A stretch of 16,353 nucleotides of DNA from Candidatus Bipolaricaulia bacterium (lineage in GTDB: Bacteria; Bipolaricaulota; Bipolaricaulia; JBHIAT01), in NCBI GenBank assembly GCA_046758705.1, contig JBHIAT010000075.1, positions 1-16,353 of the forward strand. The letters run 5' to 3'. A program made the position numbers and the translations under genes. Below, piece by piece: positions 6,571 through 14,800 of this stretch. Below the pieces are notes generated by a model. That model was given only the letters and a program-made list of their open reading frames with translations, searched no databases and was not told the origin of the DNA. Each line of letters opens with the position of its first letter. Within the stretch, counting starts at the first letter, position 1.

Positions 6571-7412
6571 TGAAATTATCTAATTTATCTCAATACTTTA
6601 AGGACAAAAACTTGGCGGTCGGCTCCTTCCTCATCAGTATCATTCTTTTTGTTGCTATCTTTAGCCTGATCTACACCCCTTATAATCCAACTAAGATGAA
6701 CATTCCTAGCCGTTTACAGGAGCCGAGCTCTGCCTATTGGCTCGGGACCGACCAATACGGTCGCGATACACTCAGCCGGATCATGGCCGGCGCGAGAACG
6801 ACGATGACCGTCGGAATCGTATCGGTGGGGCTCGGTCTGTCATTCGGTGTGCTCATCGGCGCTTGGGCCGGGTACTTTGGGGGCTGGCTGGATGAGGTCG
6901 TGATGCGGATCATGGACGCGATCTATGGCTTCCCCGTGCTGCTCTCCGCCATTTTGATCACTTCGATCTTAGAACCGGGGATCAAAAACAGCATGATCGC
7001 CATCGGTGTCTTCAACATCCCCGTCTTCGCCAGACTGACCCGGGGAAACTTTCTCGCGCTTAAGGAGAACGACTTCATCCTGGCGGCGCACGCCCTCGGG
7101 GCCGGTGCCACAACCATCATCCGACGTCATATCTTCAGAAACACCCTGTCTCCGATCATCGTCCAGGCGACCGTCAGTTTCGCGGTCGCGATCCTGGCCG
7201 AAGCGGGGTTAAGCTATCTGGGGCTTGGAACCCAACCCCCCGATCCGAGCTGGGGTCGCATGCTGCGGGAGTCGCAGAGCTTCATCCGGCTCTCCCCGTG
7301 GCCGGCGATCTTCCCCGGCTTGGCCATCGCCTGGGCGGTGTTGGGCTTCAATCTGCTGGGTGATGGACTGCGAGATGTGTTCGACCCGAAAACGGTCAGG
7401 ATCAGACGATAG
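6570..7412 (+). CDS. ABC transporter permease (DppC/OppC-like)
   Basis: WLGTDQYGRD.LSR, FILAAHALGA, EAGLSYLGLG..PP.PSWG and FNLLGDGLRD..DP. TAATG stop/start overlap with the upstream permease. Confidence 0.95.
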   Translation: MKLSNLSQYFKDKNLAVGSFLISIILFVAIFSLIYTPYNPTKMNIPSRLQEPSSAYWLGTDQYGRDTLSRIMAGARTTMTVGIVSVGLGLSFGVLIGAWAGYFGGWLDEVVMRIMDAIYGFPVLLSAILITSILEPGIKNSMIAIGVFNIPVFARLTRGNFLALKENDFILAAHALGAGATTIIRRHIFRNTLSPIIVQATVSFAVAILAEAGLSYLGLGTQPPDPSWGRMLRESQSFIRLSPWPAIFPGLAIAWAVLGFNLLGDGLRDVFDPKTVRIRR

Positions 7413-7413
7413 C

Positions 7414-8703
7414 ATGATGAAAAAGCAGCGGGAGACGGTGGACGTGGATCGATATATCGACGGTGACGAGCTGGTCGATCTGACCCAGGATCTGATTCGG
7501 ATCCCATCTGTCTACCGCTCACAGACCCGACACAACGAGGAGCAGGTCGCCCGGTTTGTGGCCGAGTGGCTAACCGGGATAGGCGTTGAACCAACGTTCG
7601 AGCAGGTCACCCCCAGCCGACCCAACGTCATCGCCGTTCTGGAGGGGAGCGAGTCCGGACCCTGCCTGATGTTCGAGTGCCATACCGACGTGGTCACCGA
7701 GGGCGATCGGTCGGAATGGACCCACGGCCCGTTCGACGCCGAGGTGGCCGATGGCCGCATCTACGGCCGTGGGGCCTGCGATACGAAGGGAAACCTGGCA
7801 GCGGCACTGATCGCGGTGAAGGCGATCGTAGTATCGAAATTGGGTTTCAATGGTCGGATCCTTCTGGGTATCCTGGTTGACGAGGAAGGGATGATGGCCG
7901 GAGTCAAAGATTTCATCCGTCGAGGTTGGGCCCGTGACGTGGACGCCGCTATCATCTGTGAGCCCGAAGACAACCAACTCTGCATCGCGCAAAAGGGAGC
8001 ACTGCGCGCCGAGATCAACGCTTGTGGTAAGATGAGCCATGGGGCGATGCCCCTCTCCGGCCTCAACCCCAACCCGCCGATCGCCAAAATCATCGCCGAA
8101 CTCTCCAGATTGGAACGGGCGGAGATCGAGACTCACGGCCGGGATCGATGGTTAGGCTTCCCAAGCCTCACTCCAACGGTCCTCCAGGCACCGGTGGCTG
8201 GAGAGCCACAGCTCAATGTGATGCCGTCCCACGGCCGAGTCTGGTTAGACATCCGCACCATCCCCGGCCAATCCCACGATGCCCTCAAGGCGGAGCTAAA
8301 CAAGATCGTCGATCGGGTCGAAGCCGAGGTCAACGGAGACCTGAGGACAGGCTTCCAGGGGAAGATTCGCCGAGAGCTTTACGGCGACGTGCCTGAGGGG
8401 TTGAAGCTCTCGATCGATCTTGACATATTAGAAGAGCGGGTGTGGACCCAGACGGACAGAGATGAGTCGATCGTGAGCGCTGTGGATGAGGCGATCCGTC
8501 AGGTGACCGGAAAGGAACCCGTCTATAACGGGGTTCCGGGGGCAACGGACGGCACCTTCCTCTGGGAAGCGGGGATTCCGATCGTGACCACCGGCGCCGG
8601 CGACCGGTCCGTCCCACACCAGGTCGACGAATGGGTGGAGATCGACCAGCTGGTGGAGACGGCGAAGATCTATGCGCTGAGTGCGATCAAATTCTTGCGA
8701 TAG
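7414..8703 (+). CDS. M20 family metallopeptidase/deacylase (ArgE/DapE-like)
   Basis: Start moved to ATG 7414 (or 7417), just after the permease stop. Metal and catalytic motifs HTDVV, GRGACDTKG, DEEG, CEP, HG(AMP), GATDG and H(QVDE). Confidence 0.92.
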   Translation: MMKKQRETVDVDRYIDGDELVDLTQDLIRIPSVYRSQTRHNEEQVARFVAEWLTGIGVEPTFEQVTPSRPNVIAVLEGSESGPCLMFECHTDVVTEGDRSEWTHGPFDAEVADGRIYGRGACDTKGNLAAALIAVKAIVVSKLGFNGRILLGILVDEEGMMAGVKDFIRRGWARDVDAAIICEPEDNQLCIAQKGALRAEINACGKMSHGAMPLSGLNPNPPIAKIIAELSRLERAEIETHGRDRWLGFPSLTPTVLQAPVAGEPQLNVMPSHGRVWLDIRTIPGQSHDALKAELNKIVDRVEAEVNGDLRTGFQGKIRRELYGDVPEGLKLSIDLDILEERVWTQTDRDESIVSAVDEAIRQVTGKEPVYNGVPGATDGTFLWEAGIPIVTTGAGDRSVPHQVDEWVEIDQLVETAKIYALSAIKFLR

Positions 8704-8728
8704 TTCTTCTAAAGACAGGGGGCAAATG

Positions 8729-9709
8729 ATGACCGGAAAAATCACCGACGTTGCCGGGATCGCGGTGGGTCATGTGAGCGACTTCGAAGCGTTGACCGGG
8801 TGTACGGCCCTGCTCTTCGAAGCCGGAGCCGTCGCAGGGGTCTTCGTTCCCGGAATGGCCAGTACGACGAGAGGGCTTGATACGCTGAGGCTCACTCATC
8901 TGAACGAGACGATCCATGGGATCCTGCTCTCCGGAGGCAGCAGCTTCGGTCTGAACGCCACCGGCGGGGTGATGAGATATCTGGAGGAGCGGGGCATCGG
9001 CTTCGATGTTCGTTGCACCGTCGTCCCGCTTGTCCCGTCGGCTATCCTCTTCGACCTCGGGCTCGGTGATTGCAGCGTGCGACCCGGTGAACAGATGGGG
9101 TATCTCGCCTGCACCCAAGCGACGGTGAGCGAGGTGGCAGAGGGAAGCATCGGGGTCGGCACCGGGGCGACCGTGGGCAACCTCTACGGGCTGAAGCGGG
9201 CGATGAAGGGCGGGGTAGGCACCGCCAGTGTCGAAGGCCCTTACGGACCGGTAGGGGCGCTCGCTGCTGTCAACGCCTTCGGAGATATCGTCGATCGGCG
9301 AACCGGAAAGATCCTCGCGGGTCTGCGCGATAAACAGGATGGAACGGAGCTGATCGGAACCGCATCACAGTTGAAACAGGGTATCGCTCCCAGAGACTTC
9401 GCTTTCCAGAACACGACGTTGGGTGTGGTGGCGACCGAGGTGAACCTATCGAAGGCCCAGGCCAGCCGGATCGCGATGGTGGCAAACGGTGCGCTGGTCA
9501 AAACGATCTCCCCGCACCATGCTACGTTCGACGGCGACGTGATATTTGCAGTCTCCACCGGCAGACGAGCGGAAGAAGCTGACGTGAACGTCCTCAGCCT
9601 GTTGGCCGAAGCGGCGTTGGCGGAGGCGATCGAGCGGGCCGTGGTGAAGGCGCAGGGCCTTGGGGGGGTTCCGGCTTATCGGGATCTCTTCGGTAAAGGA
9701 AAACCGTAG
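8729..9709 (+). CDS. DmpA/P1-family (S58-like) Ntn-hydrolase / peptidase
   Basis: ITDVAGI.VGH, TGCT, LSGGSSFGL, VPLVPSAILFDL, EGSIG.GTGA, KGG.G, VNAFGD, putative autoproteolysis site N|TTLGVVAT, and FDGD.IF. SD AGGGGG (8717-8722) fits ATG 8729; 8726 is an alternative start. Confidence 0.9.
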   Translation: MTGKITDVAGIAVGHVSDFEALTGCTALLFEAGAVAGVFVPGMASTTRGLDTLRLTHLNETIHGILLSGGSSFGLNATGGVMRYLEERGIGFDVRCTVVPLVPSAILFDLGLGDCSVRPGEQMGYLACTQATVSEVAEGSIGVGTGATVGNLYGLKRAMKGGVGTASVEGPYGPVGALAAVNAFGDIVDRRTGKILAGLRDKQDGTELIGTASQLKQGIAPRDFAFQNTTLGVVATEVNLSKAQASRIAMVANGALVKTISPHHATFDGDVIFAVSTGRRAEEADVNVLSLLAEAALAEAIERAVVKAQGLGGVPAYRDLFGKGKP

Positions 9710-11917
9710 ATGAAGACGTTGCGCGGTACCTTAGAACGGATCGTCTATGAGAACGAAGAAACCGGCTACACGGTGGCACGGCTCAGCTCTCCCCAACACC
9801 GTACCGGCCTGATCACCGTGGTGGGAAACCTCGCCTCCGCCACCCCGGGCGAGCACCTGCTACTCGAAGGGTGGTGGACCAACCATCCCAAATACGGTCG
9901 TCAATTTAAGATCGAAGCGTATCGTACCGTGGCCCCAACGACCGTAGCGGGAATCAAGAAGTACCTGGGCTCAGGGCTCATCAACGGAATCGGCCCGGTT
10001 ATGGCGGACCGGATCACCAACCACTTCGGACTGCACACCTTAGAGGTGATCGAGACGGATCCCAAGGCACTGAAACAGGTGCACGGGATCGGTCCCAAGC
10101 GGATCCGACTCATCATCGCCGCCTGGAACGAACAGAAGGAGATCCAGGAGGTCATGCTCTTCCTCAAAACCTACGATGTCAGCACCACCTACGCCATCAA
10201 GATCTATAAGACCTACGGACAGGATGCGATCTCCATCATTCAGGAGAACCCCTATCGACTCGCCGAGGACATCTTCGGCATCGGCTTTAAGACGGCCGAT
10301 CAGATCGCCGCCCGGCTGGGGTTGGCCAAGGATGCTCCCGGTCGGCTGAGGGCCGGGATCGAGTATCTCCTGTACCGGGCCTCCGATGAGGGACACGTCT
10401 ACCTCCCCCGATCCCAGTTGATGGACCGGTGTATGGAAATGCTAGAGGTGGAGGTGGACAAACTGCAACCGGCTCTGGACACACTTGTGCAAGCAGACAA
10501 ACTGGTCGTAGACGAGGAAACGGAAGCCGGGGCCAAGGCCGTCTATCTGACCCCCTTCTACTATGCCGAGGTGGGGGTGGCCAACCGAATGAGACGGATC
10601 TCGTCCACTACGTTGAATCTTCATATCGATCGGGATCGCGGTCACAGCCCTCTGTTTCTTCCCGACCTGGAACGGAGGGTGCGGCTCGAGTACTCCCCGA
10701 AGCAGCAGGAGGCGATCGCAAACGCGCTGACCTGCAAAGTGCTGATCCTCACCGGCGGCCCCGGCACCGGCAAGACGACGACCGTCCGGGGCATCATCCA
10801 GCTCTTCGACGGGTTGGGTCTTAAGATCGCGTTGGCCTCCCCTACAGGAAGAGCGGCCAAGCGACTGAGCCAAGCCACCGGTCGAGATGCCAAGACGATC
10901 CACCGCCTCCTGGGATACGCTCCCCACAGTGGCTTTGCTGTAAACGATCGTAATCCGCTCAACGTCGACGTCATCATCATCGATGAGGCATCGATGATCG
11001 ACCTGACGTTGATGAATAACTTGCTCAAGGCGATCCGTCCCACGGCCACCCTGATCTTGATCGGAGATGTAGACCAACTTCCTTCGGTCGGAGCCGGAAA
11101 CGTGCTCCGAGACCTCATCGACTCAAGGACAGTGGAGGTCATCGAGTTGAAGGAAATCTTCCGCCAGGCACGCCACAGCCAGATTATCACCAATGCCCAT
11201 CGCATCAACGACGGAAAATTCCCCGACCTCACGGAGACACCCCATGGGGATTTCCGCTTTGTTGAGGAGGAAGATCCCCAACGGGTCGCCGTCCGCATCG
11301 AGGCGTGGGTCACCGAACGACTCCCGAATGACTATGGGTATGACCCCTTCGCTGACATCCAGGTCCTCTCCCCCATGTACCGCGGGGCTGCCGGGGCGGA
11401 TCGCCTGAACCAGCAGCTCCAGGAGCAGTTGAACCCCGATTCCGGGGAGGGGAAGCGCATCGAGCTTCCCTACGTCGACAAAAAATTTCGTCTCGGGGAC
11501 AAGGTGATGCAGATCCGGAACAACTATGAGAAGGAGGTCTTCAACGGCGATATCGGCAGGGTCGTCGCCGTCGACCGCGCCCAACAACAGGTACAGGTTC
11601 ACTACCCCGATCGCGGTCGGATCAGCTATGCGCTGACCGACCTGGACGAGTTGGTCTTGGCCTATGCGATCACGATTCACAAGAGTCAGGGCAACGAATA
11701 TCCTGCCGTGGTCTTTCCGCTCCTGACCCAACACTACCTCATGCTTCAGAGGAACCTGCTCTACACCGCGGTCACCCGCGCCCAACAGTTAGTGGTGCTC
11801 GTTGGCAGCAAGAAGGCGGTGGGAATCGCGGTCAACAACGATAAGCCGGTGAGACGATACTCCAAACTGAAAGACCGATTGAGGGATAATGAGGTTCGTT
11901 ACCTCAATCACAAGTAA
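9710..11917 (+). CDS. recD2: ATP-dependent RecD2-like SF1B DNA helicase
   Basis: Long N-terminal extension (HPKYGRQF, YLGSGLI.GIG, HhH repeats, ENPYRL..I.GIGFK.AD). Helicase motifs GGPGTGKTT, PTGRAAKR, IIDEASM, GDVDQLPSVG, YAITIHKSQG and LLYTAVTRA. Confidence 0.96.
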   Translation: MKTLRGTLERIVYENEETGYTVARLSSPQHRTGLITVVGNLASATPGEHLLLEGWWTNHPKYGRQFKIEAYRTVAPTTVAGIKKYLGSGLINGIGPVMADRITNHFGLHTLEVIETDPKALKQVHGIGPKRIRLIIAAWNEQKEIQEVMLFLKTYDVSTTYAIKIYKTYGQDAISIIQENPYRLAEDIFGIGFKTADQIAARLGLAKDAPGRLRAGIEYLLYRASDEGHVYLPRSQLMDRCMEMLEVEVDKLQPALDTLVQADKLVVDEETEAGAKAVYLTPFYYAEVGVANRMRRISSTTLNLHIDRDRGHSPLFLPDLERRVRLEYSPKQQEAIANALTCKVLILTGGPGTGKTTTVRGIIQLFDGLGLKIALASPTGRAAKRLSQATGRDAKTIHRLLGYAPHSGFAVNDRNPLNVDVIIIDEASMIDLTLMNNLLKAIRPTATLILIGDVDQLPSVGAGNVLRDLIDSRTVEVIELKEIFRQARHSQIITNAHRINDGKFPDLTETPHGDFRFVEEEDPQRVAVRIEAWVTERLPNDYGYDPFADIQVLSPMYRGAAGADRLNQQLQEQLNPDSGEGKRIELPYVDKKFRLGDKVMQIRNNYEKEVFNGDIGRVVAVDRAQQQVQVHYPDRGRISYALTDLDELVLAYAITIHKSQGNEYPAVVFPLLTQHYLMLQRNLLYTAVTRAQQLVVLVGSKKAVGIAVNNDKPVRRYSKLKDRLRDNEVRYLNHK

Positions 11918-13949
11918 AGAAGAAGGTAGCTCCCTCGTCCGGCACAGCCTCCGCCCATACTCGGCCGCCGTGGCGGTGAATGATGCGCTGCACACTGGCC
12001 AGACCGATACCCGCCCCCTCAAACTCTTCTGGCCGGTGCAGCCGTTGGAACGGCCTGAACAGTTTGTCGGCGAACGCCATATCAAACCCTACGCCGTTGT
12101 CCTGGACAAAGAAGACGGTCTGTCCATTCTGAGCCATGCTTCCGATGCGGATGACCGCCGGAGTCCGCCCGCGCGTGAACTTAAGCGCATTGGAGATCAA
12201 GTTGGTCAGTACGATCTTGATCAGCTGAGGGTCACCCACAATCTTCAGTCCGTCAGCTACCTGAAAGTCCACTTCGTGGTCTGCGGTCATCTCAGCCATT
12301 TCTGTGTTAACTTCCCATGCCATGACGGTGAGGTTGAGAAGTCGGCGCTTTATCTCGTGCTCGCCCAACTGGGACAGGGTGAGCAGGGAATCGATGAGTC
12401 GGAACATCTTCTGACTGCCGGCCTGGATCCGTTCCAGGTAGTGCCGGCCCTGCTCGTCCAAAGTGTCGATAAAGTCCTCCAAGAGCGCTGTGGAGAAGCT
12501 TTCGATGGCACGCAGCGGCGCGCGCAGGTCGTGCGAGACCGCGTAGCTGAACCATTCGAGCTCACGGTTGGCCACCTCCAGCTGCGCGGTCCGTTCCCGT
12601 ACCTGTCGCTCTAATTCCTCAGCGGTGAGCTTGACCTGCTCGTACAGTCTCGCGTTCTTGACAGCCAGGGTGATCTCATCTCGGATTTCCTCAATCAACC
12701 TCAAGTCTTCCTCGTCGAAGGCGTTCTCCTCGGTCTTGCTGTTGATGTTGAAGAACCCTATCATCTCCCCGTTGATGTGCACTGGGATAAGGATCAACGA
12801 TTTTGGATATCCCAGCTCTTTGAACTTCTCCACTATCTCAGGACCATAACACCGCTTGTTCAGCAACTCAAGCTCCTCATCCTCGAAGATCGTCAGCTCA
12901 TTGAACAATTCCTGGATAGAGGGTGTACGATCGGCGGGGATTTTGATCTGTTTCAATAACTCCAGGTTCCAACCACGAGCCGTCCGGAACTCGAAAACGT
13001 TCTCCTGTTCGTTCAGCAGAAGGAACGAGCCGCTGTCAGCGTTGGGGATCATGTCGATCGCTTGCTCCAGGATAGCGCTCATCAACTCCTCTAGATGGGA
13101 GGTCTCATTCATCACCCTCATGAACCGGTTGACACTCCTGATCCGATCCTCCGCCCGCTTGCGCTCGGTGATGTCCTGAGACACCCCCATGACTCCCACA
13201 AATTCACCGTTCGCATCTCGAAGAACAGAAGCGGCGAGAAAAGCGGGAAATACCTCATCATTCTTCCGTTTGTTTACGATTTCGCCAGTGAATCGACCAG
13301 TTCTCCGGACTGTTTCATGCACCTTCAACCCTTCCGCTGGATCGGCATAAAGTATGTTGATGGGCTGGTCGAGGAGTTCCGCTTTACTGTAGCCGAATGT
13401 TTTCTGAGCTGCCTGGTTGAACTCCACGATTCTGCGGTCCTGGTCTACGGAGATGATCATATCCAGAGAACTATCAATCAGGCTCTGGGCGTATTCCCGG
13501 GCTGCCTTTAACTCCTCCTCCGCCTGCTTACGGGCTTGGATCTCCTCCCAGTGCTCCAGTGTCCGTTCAGCCATGTGGGGAAGGTCGGCTATCGACTCAG
13601 AGGACTTGATGACATAATCCAGAGCGCCGCGCTTTATGGCCTCTACCGCCACTTCTTCCGAGCCGTGGCTGGTCAACACGACCACGGGGAACGTTTGTTG
13701 GCCGTTATCTTTGTTGTTGGCTCCGAGCAGATCCAGGCCGGCGCCGTCCGGCAGTAAATAGTCCAGCAGTATCAGATCCGGGGGTTGGTGGGTGGCCAGC
13801 CGCTCCCGGGCGTCTGCCAGCGTCTCAGCGACATCGACATCCCACCTGCCAGGACTGGAGGATTTGAATGCTCGCTTGATCAGATCCACGTGCGTCGCCT
13901 CGTCCTCTACGAGCAGGATCTGTTTTCGCTCCTTTTCTCCCCTACTCAT
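11904..13949 (-). CDS. Hybrid signal protein REC-PAS-GAF-HisKA-HATPase
   Basis: Start moved to ATG 13949 (MSRGEKERKQILLVEDE), overlapping the upstream stop. Receiver LLDYLLPD..LTS..YVIK, PAS DMIISVD..IVEFNQAA..FGY, GAF (GSFLLL..LILIPV..IGFFNI), H-box SHDLRAPL, NLISNALKF, DNGVGF and GIGLA. Confidence 0.93.
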   Translation of the reverse strand: MSRGEKERKQILLVEDEATHVDLIKRAFKSSSPGRWDVDVAETLADARERLATHQPPDLILLDYLLPDGAGLDLLGANNKDNGQQTFPVVVLTSHGSEEVAVEAIKRGALDYVIKSSESIADLPHMAERTLEHWEEIQARKQAEEELKAAREYAQSLIDSSLDMIISVDQDRRIVEFNQAAQKTFGYSKAELLDQPINILYADPAEGLKVHETVRRTGRFTGEIVNKRKNDEVFPAFLAASVLRDANGEFVGVMGVSQDITERKRAEDRIRSVNRFMRVMNETSHLEELMSAILEQAIDMIPNADSGSFLLLNEQENVFEFRTARGWNLELLKQIKIPADRTPSIQELFNELTIFEDEELELLNKRCYGPEIVEKFKELGYPKSLILIPVHINGEMIGFFNINSKTEENAFDEEDLRLIEEIRDEITLAVKNARLYEQVKLTAEELERQVRERTAQLEVANRELEWFSYAVSHDLRAPLRAIESFSTALLEDFIDTLDEQGRHYLERIQAGSQKMFRLIDSLLTLSQLGEHEIKRRLLNLTVMAWEVNTEMAEMTADHEVDFQVADGLKIVGDPQLIKIVLTNLISNALKFTRGRTPAVIRIGSMAQNGQTVFFVQDNGVGFDMAFADKLFRPFQRLHRPEEFEGAGIGLASVQRIIHRHGGRVWAEAVPDEGATFFFTCD

Positions 13950-14700
13950 CGGCTCTCTTCCGCTTGGGCAGGCTGACCCAGAACGTGCTCCCGCGCCCCG
14001 GCGCAGACTCGACCCAGATGCGGCCTCCGTGCACCTCCACCACCCGCTTGACAATGGCCAACCCGACCCCAGTACCCTCACCGCCTGTGCCCGTCCGTTG
14101 GAACAGTTCGAAGACCTGGTCGTGATAGGCCGGATCGATGCCCACCCCGTTGTCCCGGACGTAGAAACGCACCTCTGTCTCTGTCCCCGTCGGTTCGCAG
14201 CCGACCTCGATCTCCGGCTTCGGCTGGTCACCCATGTATTTGATCGCGTTTGAGATGAGGTTTTCGAACACCTCAGCCATCCGGGAGCGATAGACGGACA
14301 GGGTCGGCAGGTCCGGAGCGACGGTGACCGCGATCTTGCGTTCCTTGATCTCGGTGGCGAACGTCTCCAAAACCTCGTTCACCAACACGGTGAAGTCTAC
14401 CGGCTCGGGCAGGTTGGTCACCCGGCCGAGCCGGCTCAGTTCCAGCAACTCTTCGATCAGCTGCGCCATGCGGTGAGTGGCTTGGGTAATCTGCTCCATA
14501 TCCTTGCTGATCTGTGCTTCATCCCCCTGCTGGATATCCCGCTGTAGATGTCCTAGATAGCCTTGGATGGAGACGAGCGGGGCCTTCAGGTCGTGGGAGA
14601 CGGTGTAGATGAATCGCTCCAGCTCGGCAGCCAACCGATCGCGCTCCGCCTTGACCTGCTGAAGCTGGTGAGACAGTTCCTTCTTCGACTGGGTCTCCAT
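13942..14700 (-). CDS. Histidine kinase core (HisKA + HATPase) without a sensor domain
   Basis: H-box TVSHDLKAPL, N-box NLISNAIKY, DNGVGI, VFELF and GTGVGLAI. Most likely start is ATG 14700, with GGTGA 8 nt upstream; alternatives are 14709 and 14727. Confidence 0.9.
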   Translation of the reverse strand: METQSKKELSHQLQQVKAERDRLAAELERFIYTVSHDLKAPLVSIQGYLGHLQRDIQQGDEAQISKDMEQITQATHRMAQLIEELLELSRLGRVTNLPEPVDFTVLVNEVLETFATEIKERKIAVTVAPDLPTLSVYRSRMAEVFENLISNAIKYMGDQPKPEIEVGCEPTGTETEVRFYVRDNGVGIDPAYHDQVFELFQRTGTGGEGTGVGLAIVKRVVEVHGGRIWVESAPGRGSTFWVSLPKRKRADE

Positions 14701-14746
14701 CACCGACATCACCGTACCATGACACACTCATAGAAGCCAGTTTGGT

Positions 14747-14752
14747 ATTATA
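14747..14752 (-). promoter_or_regulatory. Possible -10 element upstream of the sensor-less kinase
   Basis: Perfect TATAAT in a short, otherwise GC-richer intergenic region. No convincing -35. Confidence 0.4.
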
Positions 14753-14800
14753 CCCACAGATCGGTCATTCGAGAGATCTCCCTGCATCCTCTCCACTATC

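Noticed and set aside
7225-7413. 63-aa N-terminal extension of the M20 ORF
   Set aside because: It overlaps the conserved permease C-terminus in another frame. Family similarity begins after 7414.
13950-14231. 94-aa N-terminal extension of the hybrid kinase
   Set aside because: It overlaps the ATPase domain of the upstream kinase. The receiver domain starts right after ATG 13949.
14728-14787. ATG 14787 in frame with the sensor-less kinase, interrupted by TGA (possible readthrough or selenocysteine)
   Set aside because: It would add only a short non-domain peptide, SD spacing is poor, no SECIS-like hairpin is evident, and the segment contains a promoter-like TATAAT.
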